Below the pieces are notes generated by a model. It was not told the origin of the DNA. It searched no databases and saw only the letters and a list, made by a program, of their open reading frames with translations. Below are positions 11,702 through 24,300 of a stretch of DNA of 64,000 nt, piece by piece. Positions within the stretch are counted from its first letter, which is position 1. Each line of letters starts with the position of its first letter. Origin of the DNA: Macrostomum lignano (taxonomy: Eukaryota); contig NIVC01001117.1 of the NCBI GenBank assembly GCA_002269645.1, positions 1 through 64,000 of the forward strand. The letters are read 5' to 3'. Position numbers and translations under genes: made by a program.

Positions 11702-13634
11702 ATGCAGCGCCCGTTCGGCGCGAGTGCCGCCGCCTCCCCAACCGCCGTCCAGGCGACTGCATCTTCGCCAGCTTCAACCGCGGTGGCTCCGCCGCCACCT
11801 CACCGTCAGCAGCAACATCAGGCGGTTGCGCGCATTCATCAGCACCCTGCCTCCGCCAACTTGACGACGACCACTCTGCCAGGCAGTCGGGCCGCCGTGT
11901 CTGCCGGCAGTCCGACCCGGGTTGCGCCGCAGGGCGAGGAGAGCCTCCAATCGGGCCTGGCCTCTCTCAGCCCGCCGGCAGAGCCGCGTCCCCAGCCGCC
12001 GCTGCTGTCTAAACTGCTGCCGAGGGCTTTCCCTCCCCTGACCCCGGCCGAGGACAAAGTGGTGGCCTCCGCTACTCACGTGTTCCTGTCCGAGTCCGTG
12101 CCAGTGCAGGGCCGGCGCGGCTCGCAGCAGTTGCCGCCAAAGAGTCCGAAAAGTCCCCGAAGTCCCCGGCCGCCAAAAGGGGCCGCAGCGGCAGCCGCAG
12201 CTCCCTACCAACCTGCCGTTGCTTCTCCTGTGGCTTCGCCGCAGCAGCAGCAACAGCAGCCGCAGCAGCATCAGCTCCTTGGACCGCCTGCTAGTCCCAC
12301 TACTGGTCATCAAAGTCTTCAGCATCAGCAGCATCACGACCAGCAGCAGCAGCAGCAGCAGCAGCATCACGACCACCAGCAGCAGCAGCAGCAGCATACT
12401 TACGCTGTACCCTACGCAGGCCAGTTTCTGCAGCAACAGCTTCAGCAGCAGCAACAGCAGCAGCTCGGCAGCCGTACCCGCTCCCATCCAAACCTGCTCA
12501 ACGATTATGTAAACGTTGTGGACGCCTCGCCAGATAAACCGCCGCTGCCTCATCAAGGCGGTCAGCCTCCGCTTCCGCCGCCTCTTCATCCGTCTCTCCA
12601 GCATCCGCACCATCATCAGCATCATCATCAGCACAATCAGCATCCGGACTCCTCAGGCGCGGCGCTGCACTCGCTCCGGCTTCAACTGGAGGCTGCGCAG
12701 TCGCGTGCCAGCCGAGTGGAGCTGTTGGAACGCGAGCTGTCCCGCTTGGCTGACGCGCACGAAGCTCTGGTTAAATCGGCCGAGCGGAGCGCCCGTCTCG
12801 AGACCGCGGTGCGGCGCCGGCTAGAACGAGAGTGCGCCCTGCTCAGACAGGAGAATGCTCAACTGAGAGACCGGCTGCTCAGCGCTGCCGAGTTTCATCA
12901 TCAGCAGCAGCATCATCAGCATCAGCCGGCTACTCAGGAGACTCTGCAACGATTGGAGGCTGAAAATCTGGCTGTGAGTTTGTTGAGTTTAAATCAATTA
13001 GTGTTAAAGAGGCCAATTATCAGTTGGTTAAAGAGGCCAATTAGCAGTCAGTTAAAGAGGCCACTTATCAGTCAGTTAAAAGGCCAATTAGCAGTCAGTT
13101 AAAGAGGCCAATTAATTATCAGTCAGTTAAAGAGGCCAATTATCAGTCAGTTAAAAAGGCCAATTAGCAGTCAGTTAAAGAGGCCAATTATCAGTCAGTT
13201 AAAGAGGCCAATTAGCAGTCAGTTAAAGAGGCCAATTATCAGTCAGTTAAAGAGGCCAATTATCAGTCAGTTAAAGAGGCCAATTATCAGTCAGTTAAAG
13301 AGGCCAATTATCAGTCAGTTAAAGAGGCCAATTATCAGTCAGTTAAAAAGGCCAATTAGCAGTCAGTTAAAGAGGCCAATTATCAGTCAGTTAAAGAGGC
13401 CAATTATCAGTCAGTTAAAGAGGCCAATTATCAGTCTGTTAAACGGGCCAATTAGCAGCTACTTTATTCAGGTATTCAAAAATTTGTATTTATATTCTTA
13501 GCATAATAATTGCATTATCACAGGTCTCATTTTAATGTCTAAACTCCTTAAATCCTTTTTAGCTCAAAGAGCAGCTGCTGAGCTCTCCAGCGCATCAACA
13601 GCAGCACAATCCCAACTGCAGTAAACAGAGCTGA
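11702..13634 (+). CDS. AMOT: Angiomotin-like coiled-coil protein (exons 11702-12973, 13563-13634), about 447 aa, apparently C-terminally truncated
   Basis: RVELLERELSRLADAHEALVKSAERSARLETAVRRRLERECALLRQENAQLRDRL aligns by eye to the angiomotin coiled coil ([50 protein letters not shown]). Gln/His/Pro-rich N-terminus, gccATG context at 11702, donor gtgagt at 12974, phase-0 acceptor at 13562, AATAAA near 13985. The second exon is less certain. Confidence 0.75.
13000..13460. repeat. 24-bp minisatellite (aaagaggccaattatcagtcagtt) in the AMOT-like intron
   Basis: Direct reading. Confidence 0.93.
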
Positions 13635-14024
13635 CATTCTGACAAAAACGGTCAAGTTGTTCTTGTGGAAACATGTAACTTTTAAACTTTTTTTCTGATT
13701 CGAAATGATTTTTTACAACGAGCTCGTCTCTTTTAAAAATGCAATTTAATTAGCGCAACCTGATGCAAAATCACAAATCGAAATGTTTATATTCTTATTC
13801 TAGTTGGCATTAACTGTATAGCATATCTGTTATTCTGTTAATAATTTTCCAACGGGTTGTACTTGATCATGACGCTCTTCCCTACCTTTGTTTTGTACTG
13901 CTTTTGTCTTCCTGTTTTTTATTGCACCTTTGCTGTCGGCTTCGTGCTCAAGAAAAAAATTACTTATTGTGCTTTTTCACTTTTAATAAATATTGCCCCA
14001 ATAAGTCCTCGGATTGGTCCTATA

Positions 14025-14230
14025 ATACTTTGATAGGTCCTCGGATTGGTCCTGTAATACTTTGATAGGTCCTCGGATTGGTCCTATAATACTTTGATTG
14101 GTCCTCGGATTGGTCCTATAATACTTTGATAGGTCCTCGGATTGGTCCTATAATACTTTGATAGGTCCTCGGATCGGTCCTATAATACTTTGATAGGTCC
14201 TCGGATCGGTCCTATAATACTTTGATACGT
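14025..14230. repeat. 32-bp tandem repeat (ggtcctcggattggtcctataatactttgata)
   Basis: Direct reading. Confidence 0.92.
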
Positions 14231-14847
14231 CCTAGGCTACACAATTTGAAGCAAGTCTTCCTACTGTTTTTAGTGATATTTACACGTGTCACACACTTTA
14301 GAAGCGTCTGTATTAATCATAGCAACTTTACTAACGATACCTCCTATTGTGCTTTAATGGATCAGATTAACAGCTATATGTAGCATGTATGCTATGGTAG
14401 GTAAATTAGCTTTATTAATACTCTCCGCCAGGTCAGTATTACTTGTCCCTTGGCTAGACCTCTCCTGCCTTTGTATTTTTAGTGATTTTTCGCAATTTTT
14501 ACAGTAAATACTTAGTTGCACTAGCCATTTGTACTATTAGCATGCACCGTACTTTGCTCTTTAACTGACCACTGCTGATGGCTTTTGTCCCCGAGGTCTT
14601 GTACCTATCTAGTGTCTTTAATTGGCCTAACTTTTTTTCACTGACAGCCTTGACACCCTTTATCTCCACCGCCAGCGTACACTGCTCATCTTTTTATTTG
14701 TTTGTTTAAATTTATTACTTTAATAAAATGAAAATACAGACTTGTCAGAATCTGTAGTTACATTGCTGTGTCTGATTGAAGCTTTTCCAGTGTAAAAGTT
14801 CTGCTGTGTTGCCAGAATTGCTTAATGTTTAGCGCGCTTATTTATTA

Positions 14848-15840
14848 ATGAGTGTCTGCGATGCTAAAATGAGTGTCTGCAACGCTAAAATGAGTGTCTG
14901 CGATGCTAAAATGAGTGTCTGCGACGCTAAAATGAGTGTCTGCAACGCTAAAATGAGTGTCTGCGATGCTAAAATGAGTGTCTGCAACGCTAAAATGAGT
15001 GTCTGCGATGCTAAAATGAGTGTCTGCAACGCTAAAATGAGTGTCTGCGATGCTAAAATGAGTGTCTGCGACGCCAAAATGAGTGTCTGCGATGCTAAAC
15101 TGAGTGTCTGCGACGCCAAAATGAGTGTCTGCGATGCTAAACTGAATGTCTGCGACGCCAAAATGAGTGTCTGCGATGCTAAACTGAGTGTCTGCGACGC
15201 CAAAATGAGTGTCTGCGATGCTAAACTGAGTGTCTGCGACGCCAAAATGAGTGTCTGCGATGCTAAACTGAATGTCTGCGACGCCAAAATGAGTGTCTGC
15301 GATGCTAAACTGAGTGTCTGCGTCGCCAAAATGAGTGTCTGCGATGCTAAACTGAATGTCTGCGACGCCAAAATGAGTGTCTGCGATGCTAAACTGAGTG
15401 TCTGCGTCGCCAAAATGAGTGTCTGCGGCGCTAAATTGAGTGTCTGAGACGCTAAAATGAGTGTCTGCGACGCTAAAATGAGTGTCTGCGACGCTAAATT
15501 GAGTGTCTGAGACGCTAAAATGAGTGTCTGCGACGCCAAAATGAGTGTCTGCGATGCTAAACTGAGTGTCTGCGTCGCCAAAATGAGTGTCTGCGGCGCT
15601 AAATTGAGTGTCTGAGACGCTAAAATGAGTGTCTGCGACGCTAAAATGAGTGTCTGCGACGCTAAATTGAGTGTCTGAGACGCTAAAATGAGTGTCTGCG
15701 GCGCCAAAATGAGTCTGAGACGCTAAAATGAGTGTCTGCGATGCTAAACTGAGTGTCTGCGGCGCCAAAATGAGTGCCTGCGGCGCCAAAATGAGTGTCT
15801 GAGATGCTAAAATGAATGCCTGCGGCACCAAAATAAGCGC
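14848..15840. repeat. 21-bp minisatellite (gctaaaatgagtgtctgcgac)
   Basis: Direct reading. Confidence 0.95.
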
Positions 15841-15870
15841 TGACAACACCGATTCTAGAAGTAATGTATG

Positions 15871-16087
15871 CTCAACAACATTAAAATGTCGCCACCTTTG
15901 AGAGTGGGCAGTGAATTCTAGCTCAGTATTGACTTTTGAGTGACGCGACGCAGAGTTGGGCTGGGTGAGAAGGGATTGTGAAGAGTGGAGGGCTTTTTAT
16001 TATCAAAATGGTTGGCCAGGTGATAGACGCTGGTCGAAAGACACTGCTCACTGGGGCAAAGGGTGGCGACTATTCAATGTTGCTGAG
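15871..16087. mobile_element. MITE copy 2 (same family as 10494-10761, opposite orientation)
   Basis: TIRs ctcaacaacattaaaatgtcgccacc and ggtggcgactattcaatgttgctgag. Internal blocks gccacctttgagagtg and agtgacgc match the reverse complement of copy 1. Confidence 0.7.
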
Positions 16088-16094
16088 TGTACAT

Positions 16095-17672
16095 GCCTTG
16101 ACATCTCAGTAATTCCCCAGGAGCCTTCACATCTCAGTAATTCCCCATGAGCCTTAACATCTCAGTAATTCCCCATGAGCCTTCACATCTCAGTAATTCC
16201 CCCGTGAGCCTTGACATCTCAGTAAGTCCTCCGGGAGCCTTGACATCTCAGTAATTCCCCAGGAGCCTTCACATCTCAGTAATTCCCCAGGAGCCTTCAC
16301 ATCTCAGTAATTCCCCCGTGAGCCTTGACATCTCAGTAAGTCCTCCGTGAGCCTTGACATCTCAGTAATTCCCCAGGAGCCTTCACATCTCAGTAATTCC
16401 CCAGGAGCCTTCACATCTCAGTAATTCCCCAGGAGCCTTCACATCTCAGTAATTCCCCAGGAGCCTTCACATCTCAGTAATTCCCCAGGAGCCTTCACAT
16501 CTCAGTAATTCCCCATGAGCCTTCACATCTCAGTAATTCCCCATGAGCCTTCACATCTCAGTAATTCCACAGGAGCCTTCACATCTCAGTAATTCCCCAT
16601 GAGCCTTCACATCTCAGTAATTCCCCAGGAGCCTTCACATCTCAGTAATTCCCCATGAGCCTTCACATCTCAGTAATTCCCCAGGAGCCTTCACATCTCA
16701 GTAATTCCCCAGGAGCCTTCACATCTCAGTAATTCCCCAGGAGCCTTCACATCTCAGTAATTCCCCAGGAGCCTTCACATCTCAGTAATTCCCCAGGAGC
16801 CTTCACATCTCAGTAATTCCCCAGGAGCCTTCACATCTCAGTAATTCCCCATGAGCCTTCACATCTCAGTAATTCCCCATGAGCCTTCACATCTCAGTAA
16901 TTCCCCAGGAGCCTTCACATCTCAGTAATTCCCCAGGAGCCTTCACATCTCAGTAATTCCCCAGGAGCCTTCACATCTCAGTAATTCCCCAGGAGCCTTC
17001 ACATCTCAGTAATTCCCCAGGAGCCTTCACATCTCAGTAATTCCCCAGGAGCCTTCACATCTCAGTAATTCCCCATGAGCCTTCACATCTCAGTAATTCC
17101 CCAGGAGCCTTCACATCTCAGTAATTCCCCAGGAGCCTTCACATCTCAGTAATTCCCCAGGAGCCTTCACATCTCAGTAATTCCCCATGAGCCTTCACAT
17201 CTCAGTAATTCCCCAGGAGCCTTCACATCTCAGTAATTCCCCAGGAGCCTTCACATCTCAGTAATTCCCAGGAGCCTTCACATCTCAGTAATTCCCCAGG
17301 AGCCTTCACATCTCAGTAATTCCCCAGGAGCCTTCACATCTCAGTAATTCCCCAGGAGCCTTCACATCTCAGTAATTCCCCATGAGCCTTCACATCTCAG
17401 TAATTCCCCAGGAGCCTTCACATCTCAGTAATTCCCAGGAGCCTTCACATCTCAGTAATTCCCCAGGAGCCTTCACATCTCAGTAATTCCCCAGGAGCCT
17501 TCACATCTCAGTAATTCCCCAGGAGCCTTCACATCTCAGTAATTCCCCAGGAGCCTTCACATCTCAGTAATTCCCCAGGAGCCTTCACATCTCAGTAATT
17601 CCCCAGGAGCCTTCACATCTCAGTAATTCCCCAGGAGCCTTCACATCTCAGTAATTCCCCAGGAGCCTTCAA
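16095..17672. repeat. 28-bp minisatellite (gagccttcacatctcagtaattccccag)
   Basis: Direct reading; head-to-tail with no spacers. Confidence 0.96.
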
Positions 17673-18328
17673 GAGCTTGCATAATATTGATTCATTGGGA
17701 AAAAACTATATAAGTGTAATGCAGCGCATTACGCGACCCTAGCCCAGCTGTCAAACATTATTAGGATTTATTTTCAAAGCAATTTCTCTGGCCAGAATAA
17801 TGATTAGCATCGAATTGTAACAGAATATTTGCGTGTCCCTGTGCGTCCCGAAAGTGCACCGAGTACTAAACACTTGATCCCTTGGATTTCGGGGAGTTTA
17901 GTGATCTTTGCGTGGGAGAAAGTGAACCGAATCGAACAGCTCGTATTAAATTTCTAATCGATAGTTATGCGAGGTTTGCCTGCTAATTAGCCGCTGTTCT
18001 ACCTGTAATTTTCACCATCTAGAAAGAGCAGACAGTTCTCAAATATACAGTTACGGGAGCTTGAGTTCCATTGGCAATTAGTGGTTGTCGATGTGCCGAG
18101 AATATAAAGTACCAAATTTCTAGCCCTTTTTGACACCGCAAACCCAGCGAATCCCGGATGGAACTGGATTTGATATTTGTCTCGCTTATAGATAGAATCA
18201 ATTTTCTCTTATCGGATATTTATCCTGTCGTGAGGGTATATATAGGCATTAAAACACGCTGGCAACCACTAGCAAGGAGTGCAGTACTTTGCCTTGTTGC
18301 CACGAATTAGTCATTCTATACCATCCCA

Positions 18329-21300
18329 ATGAGATCGCCTTTGCTGCTGGTAATTGTATCGCTTCTTCTACTAGGAGAAGCCGCAGAAATTGCCCGGGCT
18401 CTGCGCCTCGCCGTGCTGGCTGAGCCGGGGCTGCTGCAGCCGGGTCTGGTGCAGCGAGTCGTCGACAGGCGGGTCAACCAGAACCCGCTGCTGTTCCCCA
18501 GCCTCGGCGAGTCCAACCCGCTCACCTGCCAGCTCGTGTCCGCTGACGACTCCGTCTTGGCTGTGCAACAGAGTGAGACATCTATGCAGAGCTTACCAGC
18601 AACAGCTGTTGTTTATCTATGGCCAGTCAGGGAATCCTAAAGACCTGGAAGTGACACTGCAATATTCAGGCCCTCCAGGCCGGTCCAACCCAGGCCGATA
18701 ACTTTTTTGGGAGAGAGGACAAAGAGGAAAAACATTTTCTTGCAGGGGCTAGTAAAGCGACTCGAAAAAGGGAGGAACGAAGGATAGAGAAGGGGTTGAG
18801 TGGACTGAGAGGATAGAGAGTGCAGAGAAAATCACTGTCCAAATAAAGACTGATTCAATATGAAAGGAGCGCATTGTACATGAGTGTACGAATTCTAAAC
18901 ATGATGACGCACTGTTGAATGCACACATAACTCTTATGCCCCTATCGAGCTGCATTTAAGTAAGCTTTCGTGTGTTCATAATCAAACTGAATATCCTCTC
19001 ATTTGCAAGCATCATAATGGGTTACAAGTGCTGTGTATTTGGCTGCAAATCTGGCTACGCGTCGCAGAAGACAGAAAATGTGAGCTATTATGCTTTTCCT
19101 AAAGACACCAACTTGCGACAGCGCTGGCTTCGCGCCATTCCAAATGCTGATTTAAATGCTTCCGAATTTCAACGCGTCTGCTCGAAGCATTTCACTGAAT
19201 CAGATTTCGTGAAGAGTTCATCGGATGCGAATCAACGCCGGAAGAAACGACGCTTTTCTGCATCTGATTCAAAGCTGCATCTGATTCGACTCAAAGACGA
19301 TGCAGTTCCATCTCAATTTGAAGGCTTGCCGAAATACCTGAGCAAGCCAATTACGCAGGTAAGAAGTCAAAATGCCACTTCCGCTGCGCGCTTCATGGGA
19401 GACCAAGTCCGCTTAGATGAGGAAATCAGCGACTTTTTTGGCTCCGACGAGTTGTGCGATTTCAGCGATTTGATTCAAAAGCTGGAACAAGCGACGATTC
19501 CCTCTGGATTCGTCAGAAGTAAGGAAGCAGATTCAGTCTCGTTTTACTTGATAACAAGATCTGACTCGATTTCAGCTCCTTGTCTGCTTGCCTCTATGAC
19601 AGTACTGCAGGACCTTACCTTCCAAGTCTTCATCTCTGGCCTTTCTTGCTCTGATAGCATGTTTAAACACCTGCTCAAAGATGACTCGCTACATGTGCGT
19701 CAGCTTTCGACTTTAGAAAACATGTTAGCCTTGATTAAGTCTTCGGCTACTGTTGCTGTTGACTCTCGCAATTCAAATGTGTCGTCTGCATTTGTTGAAG
19801 GCGTTTTAAAAGTCTACCTCGAATCTTTGAGTGATGATTCTGAACTGAGCAGCAATGTCAATTTCTTAGCTGAACAGTTCTCACTGATTCATCAAAAAGT
19901 ATCTGCTCGACGATATTCACCATCAACAACTGTGTTTGCGTACTTGATCTTTTCGACAAGTCGTGCCGCCTATAAGGCAATCCTAGAAAATGGTGCCCTC
20001 TGCCTACCATCTGTAAGAAGCCTTGTCAGGCTAAATGCTGTTCTTTCGAAGGAGCCTGGAGTGGTTGAGGAAATGTACCTGCAGTTGAGGACAGAGTCAC
20101 TGTCTAGCAGAGAGAAGCACGTTGTGCTCATTATTGATGAGGTCGCAACAGCTAAAAGAATCGAGTTCAATTGCGACTCTGCTTACGGCCTTGCGAGTGA
20201 CGGTAAAATGACCTCCTCAATTCTTGCCTTTCTAATCAAGTCCGTCGGCGCATCCTATCAGGATGTTGTCGGTCTATTTCCTGTTAACTGCTTGACCGCT
20301 CTGGACTTATGCAACATGGCCAAGGAAGTGATTGCGGCTGTCACAAAGAGTGGATTTGAAATTGTTGCATTGTCCTGTGACAACTCCTCTGTCAACCGAA
20401 AGTTTTACTCAATGTCAGCTGTACCTGAACATGGGCTGTCTATGCGACATCCATGTGACGATCAGAAAGAAATCTTCTTGCTGATGGACACTACTCACAA
20501 CATTAAAAATGTGTATAACAACTTTCAGAGACGAGGTGTATTTCACTGTCCAGCGTTCGACAATTGCAGCAACTTTGTGGCAAGGTTCAGTGATGTTGAG
20601 GCTATTTTTGAAATTGAAAGAGGTCAGTCGTCAAAGATTGCCTTCCGTCTGTCGGAGAAGGTTTTACGTCCTCTTAATGTCGAGAGAACTAGTGCTTCAC
20701 TGGCTGCAGCTGTGTTCGATGACACAACAGTTTCTGCACTCAGACTGTATTCAAGCACAAAGAGCACGGAGGTAGACACTTCAACGTTCAATAGCACAGC
20801 CAATTTCTTGTCCATGATCAGGAAGCTGTGGGCAATATTGAATGTTCGAACGCCATTCGCCGGTCAACAATTAAGAAGACCGGAAAGTGAGCCGCAAACT
20901 AATATGCAAGACTGGCAGCTCCAGTACCTTGCTGACTTTGTTGGCTTCCTAAAGAAGTGGCGAGCGGTATCAACAGGCGCAGATGGTCTGACAAACGAGA
21001 CATTTGGCAGCCTCATTCAAACATGCTCAGCCATTCCACTATTGTGTGCGAAACTTTTTTCTACTGGCCACTTTGACTACATTCTGCTGGGAAAGTTGTT
21101 GTCCGATCCTCTTGAAAGGCAGTTCGGAAAGTACAGGCAGATGTCCGGCGGATTGTATTTTATCAGTGCAAAGCAGGTCGTTCAGTCCGAGAATAAACTT
21201 AGAATGACTTCATTGCTTAAGCACTCGGAAATAGACTTGCTACGCTTAAAGAAGTCTTTCATGAAGGATGTTGAGCAGGAAGACACTGACGTTAGTCTAA

Positions 21301-24300
21301 GAGCAGCAGAAATCTTCGCTGATGTGTCAGATGAGCCATGCATGACCTTGCGCAGTAACGAGATGGGCTGTTTGAACGTGATGTTCTACATAGCAGGTTA
21401 CCTTTCAAAGTCCATCAGCAAGGGATGTGCTGATTGTAGAGAATTTTTGGTGAGCGAAGACAAGGTCCCTCCAATGGAAGTGACTCTCGACGATGCTCCT
21501 AATCGTGATTTCCTAGTTCGACAGTCATCACGGGGAGGACTGTGCTGTCCATCGGATTCTGCTTTCGTTCTCTGCATGACAGCGTTCAATTCGTTTGAGC
21601 TCATCAAGGGCTCCAAGCAGCTGCTGCAGAAGCTTCTTAGCTTTAAACCGCATCAAACATTCGCATCAGTCGTGATAGTAAAAACTCAAAACTGTGCAAA
21701 ATTTTCGGCTCGTCGCTTCCGCTGCTCAAATCATTCACTTAGACAAGTCATTCGGCAGTTTTCTTTCCGACTCCTAAACTGTTTTCTGAAAAACCTTTCT
21801 TCTGAAGCTAACCGCCCATCCGTTGTAGGCAAACGGAAATCGGGAGAACAGAAGAGAACTGAGGACTGCTCTCGCAAACTGGCCAAATTGAATCCTTAGT
21901 ACTCGTAATAGTATATTTTTATAAGCTTCATTGTTTTGACGATTCCGAGTTACTGCTAATTATTTTATTTACGAGTAAGCTCCCAGTTTATCCTGATGCA
22001 TAATTACTGCCTTTCTGATGTCCGATGATCCTTCAACCCTGGTAAGTTTGATTAAAACCCTTTTTATGTTTATATAGCCTATGGTTTACCAGTTTTATGC
22101 ATAATTGTTTCTTATAAAAGGCCTCATGAAACTTTCGTTTATTTCGTTACAATAAGGACTTTAAAAAATTCAGGGGATATGACTTTTCAGCGCTGTATCA
22201 TCGAGTTGATACTGAAAACCCTATAGAAAATGGCATGGGCTGCCTTGTTTGGTTAGGTAGGATCGGCCTGAGTTGGACCGCCCCCATTGGACAGTGTCAC
22301 TTCCAGGTCTTTAGGATTCCCTGGGCCAGTGCATCAATGCACTCTGTTTATCTATGGCCAGTGCATCAGTGCACTCTGTTTATCTATGGCCACTGCATCA
22401 GTGCACTCTGTTTATCTATGGCCAGTGCATCAGTGCACTCTGTTTATCTATGGCCAGTGCATCAGTGCACTCTGTTTATCTATGGCCACTGCATCAATGC
22501 ACTCTGTTTATCTATGGCCAGTGCATCAATGCACTCTGTTTATCTATGGCCAGTGCATCAGTGCACTCTGTTTATCTATGGCCACTGCATCAGTGCACTC
22601 TGTTTATCTATGGCCAGTGCATCAGTGCACTCTGTTTATCTATGGCCAGTGCATCAGTGCACTCTGTTTATCTATGGCCAGTGCATCAGTGCACTCTGTT
22701 TATCTATGGCCAGTGCATCAATGCACTCTGTTTATCTATGGCCAGTGAATTAGTGCATTCTGATTATCTATGGCCAGTGCATCAGTGCACTCTGTTTATC
22801 TATGGCCAGTGAATTAGTGCACTCTTTTTATCTATGGCCAGTGCATCAATGCACTCTAATACACTCTAGCTGTAAAACAATAACATTAAAATCCTATACT
22901 TAATTAATTACCTTGCAGTCTGTCGGTCCAGCGGATTCCACGGCCTCGTTACAGTCGGCAGCTGCTCTCTGGGCAGCTCGGTGCACCGGCTGGCCAAGTC
23001 CTTGCGAGTGCCCGCCATTTTTGTGCCAGCGGGGGAGCTGTGCCAGCTGGACACTGCAGAGTCTGGTATGTGAGCTGTGCCTGCTGGACACTGCAGAGTC
23101 TGGTATGTGAGCTGTGCCTGGTGCATGGACACTGCAGAGTCTGGTATGTGAGCTGTGCCTGCTGGACACTGCTGAGTCTGGTATGTGAGCTGTGCCAGCT
23201 GGACACTGCTGAGTCTGGTATGTGAGCTGTGCCTGCTGGACACTGCAGAGTCTGGTATGTGAGCTGTGCCTGCTGCATGGACACTGCTGAGTCTGGTATG
23301 TGAGCTGTGCCAGCTGGACACTGCTGAGTCTGGTATGTGAGCTGTGCCTGCTGGACACTGCTGAGTCTGGTATGTGAGCTGTGCTTGAGCTGTGCGTGAG
23401 CTGTGCGTGAGCTGTGCGTGAGCTGTGCGGGAGCTGTGCGTGAGCTGTGCGTGAGCTGTGCGTGAGCTGTGCGTGAGCTGTGCGTGAGCTGTGCGTGAGC
23501 TGTGCGTGAGCTGTGCGTGAGCTGTGCGTGAGCTGTGCGTGAGCTGTGCGTGAGCTGTGCGTGAGCTGTGCGTGAGCTGTGCGTGAGCTGTGCGTGAGCT
23601 GTGCGTGAGCTGTGCGTGAGCTGTGCGTGAGCTGTGCGTGAGCTGTGCGTGAGCTGTGCGTGAGCTGTGCGTGAGCTGTGCGTGAGCTGTGCGTGAGCTG
23701 TGCGTGAGCTGTGCGTGAGCTGTGCGTGAGCTGTGCGTGAGCTGTGCGTGAGCTGTGCGTGAGCTGTGCGTGAGCTGTGCGTGAGCTGTGCGTGAGCTGT
23801 GCGTGAGCTGTGCGTGAGCTGTGCGTGAGCTGTGCGTGAGCTGTGCGTGAGCTGTGCGTGAGCTGTGCGTGAGCTGTGCGTGAGCTGTGCGTGAGCTGTG
23901 CGTGAGCTGTGCGTGAGCTGTGCGTGAGCTGTGCGTGAGCTGTGCGTGAGCTGTGCGTGAGCTGTGCGTGAGCTGTGCGTGAGCTGTGCGTGAGCTGTGC
24001 GTGAGCTGTGCGTGAGCTGTGCGTGAGCTGTGCGTGAGCTGTGCGTGAGCTGTGCGTGAGCTGTGCGTGAGCTGTGCGTGAGCTGTGCGTGAGCTGTGCG
24101 TGAGCTGTGCGTGAGCTGTGCGTGAGCTGTGCGTGAGCTGTGCGTGAGCTGTGCGTGAGCTGTGCGTGAGCTGTGCGTGAGCTGTGCGTGAGCTGTGCGT
24201 GAGCTGTGCGTGAGCTGTGCGTGAGCTGTGCGTGAGCTGTGCGTGAGCTGTGCGTGAGCTGTGCGTGAGCTGTGCGTGAGCTGTGCGTGAGCTGTGCGTG

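Noticed and set aside
11774-12643. 289-aa antisense ORF over the AMOT-like exon
   Set aside because: It is the shadow of CAG/CAT-rich codons (poly-Leu/Met); no independent signals.
16095-17672. 28-bp array (and the 32-bp arrays) with CRISPR-like unit length
   Set aside because: Units are head-to-tail with no unique spacers, there are no cas genes, and the context is eukaryotic.
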